A stretch of 64,000 nt of DNA from Cetorhinus maximus. Lineage: Eukaryota. The position numbers were made by a program, and so were the translations under genes. Shown here piece by piece: positions 63,346 through 64,000 of the stretch. Under the pieces are notes generated by a model that saw only the letters and a program-made list of their open reading frames with translations, made no database searches and had not been told where the DNA came from. Positions within the stretch are counted from its first letter, which is position 1; each line of letters opens with the position of its first letter. Location: positions 15,934,001 through 15,998,000 of the forward strand of contig NC_135887.1 of the NCBI RefSeq assembly GCF_964194155.1, given 5' to 3'.

Positions 63346-64000
63346 AGTTACAGTAGTCATAGCAATTAGTGATCATGGTCCCAACCCATCTAGATTATAA
63401 CACTCACAATGTGCAAGTGCTACATTTAGAGAGTGTTTAAAAATTATGCTTTAAGAAAACAGGTATTTACTTAGAGATATCAGTGAGATGGGTGTGCCTT
63501 CTCACTGCAGAGTTTACCTAAGCTTAGAATGCTGCTCTTAAATCATTCTCCACCCTCAGATGGGACATGGGAAACCTATATTTTGGCACCCTGTCTTGAA
63601 GTTTAAATATGTAGTGCTTGCTGTAAGGGTTTATTGAGTAGATCTCACGAGAGATTCAGAAGCTTGAAAGGTGGAACAGTAGTGTTTATTGTTAACACAT
63701 AACTATTTACATATGTACAAAGGATAGACCAGACTAGGTGCTAACTTCATTCTTTTCTTAAGGCATAATTTTGAAACACTCTCTAATTAATTGGGATGCA
63801 CAATTAAAATTGGGATGCACAGGAGGCCAGAATTAGAGCAGCGCAGATATTTTGGAGGGTTGTGGGGCTGGAGGAGATTAAAGAGAGAGGGAGGGGCAGG
63901 GAGGGATTTTAAAACAAGGATGATCTCTATCTATCTCTATCAACTCTATCTCTTAGCTGTCCACTGTCATGTGTCTCTCTACATCATATTGTGGTGGTAC

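Noticed and set aside
1-64000. CRISPR arrays, rRNA or true tRNA genes, exons of neighbouring genes
   Set aside because: None seen. The tRNA-like boxes belong to SINE heads.

Overview
This is eukaryotic, repeat-rich vertebrate DNA. The repeat content (Deu-domain SINEs, CR1/L2 LINEs, Penelope and Harbinger elements) points to a cartilaginous fish such as a shark. The only intact protein-coding gene I can support is WSB1 (WD repeat and SOCS box protein 1) on the minus strand. It has 9 coding exons with GT-AG introns from ATG 36120 to TGA 12299 (1260 nt, 419 aa) and a CpG-island promoter at about 36.0-36.7 kb. Other notable content: (1) an intronless, disabled 5' fragment of UBR7 in WSB1 intron 3; (2) several Penelope-like insertions with an inverted-arm structure, long target-site duplications (TSDs) and minimal hammerhead ribozyme motifs of two families; (3) a decayed 7.8-kb PIF/Harbinger transposon with nested insertions; (4) a 1.13-kb segment duplicated on either side of the promoter with uneven divergence; (5) a candidate poison exon in intron 5; (6) a G-rich minisatellite just downstream of exon 1. 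All calls were made by eye. Repeat family names and repeat boundaries are approximate.
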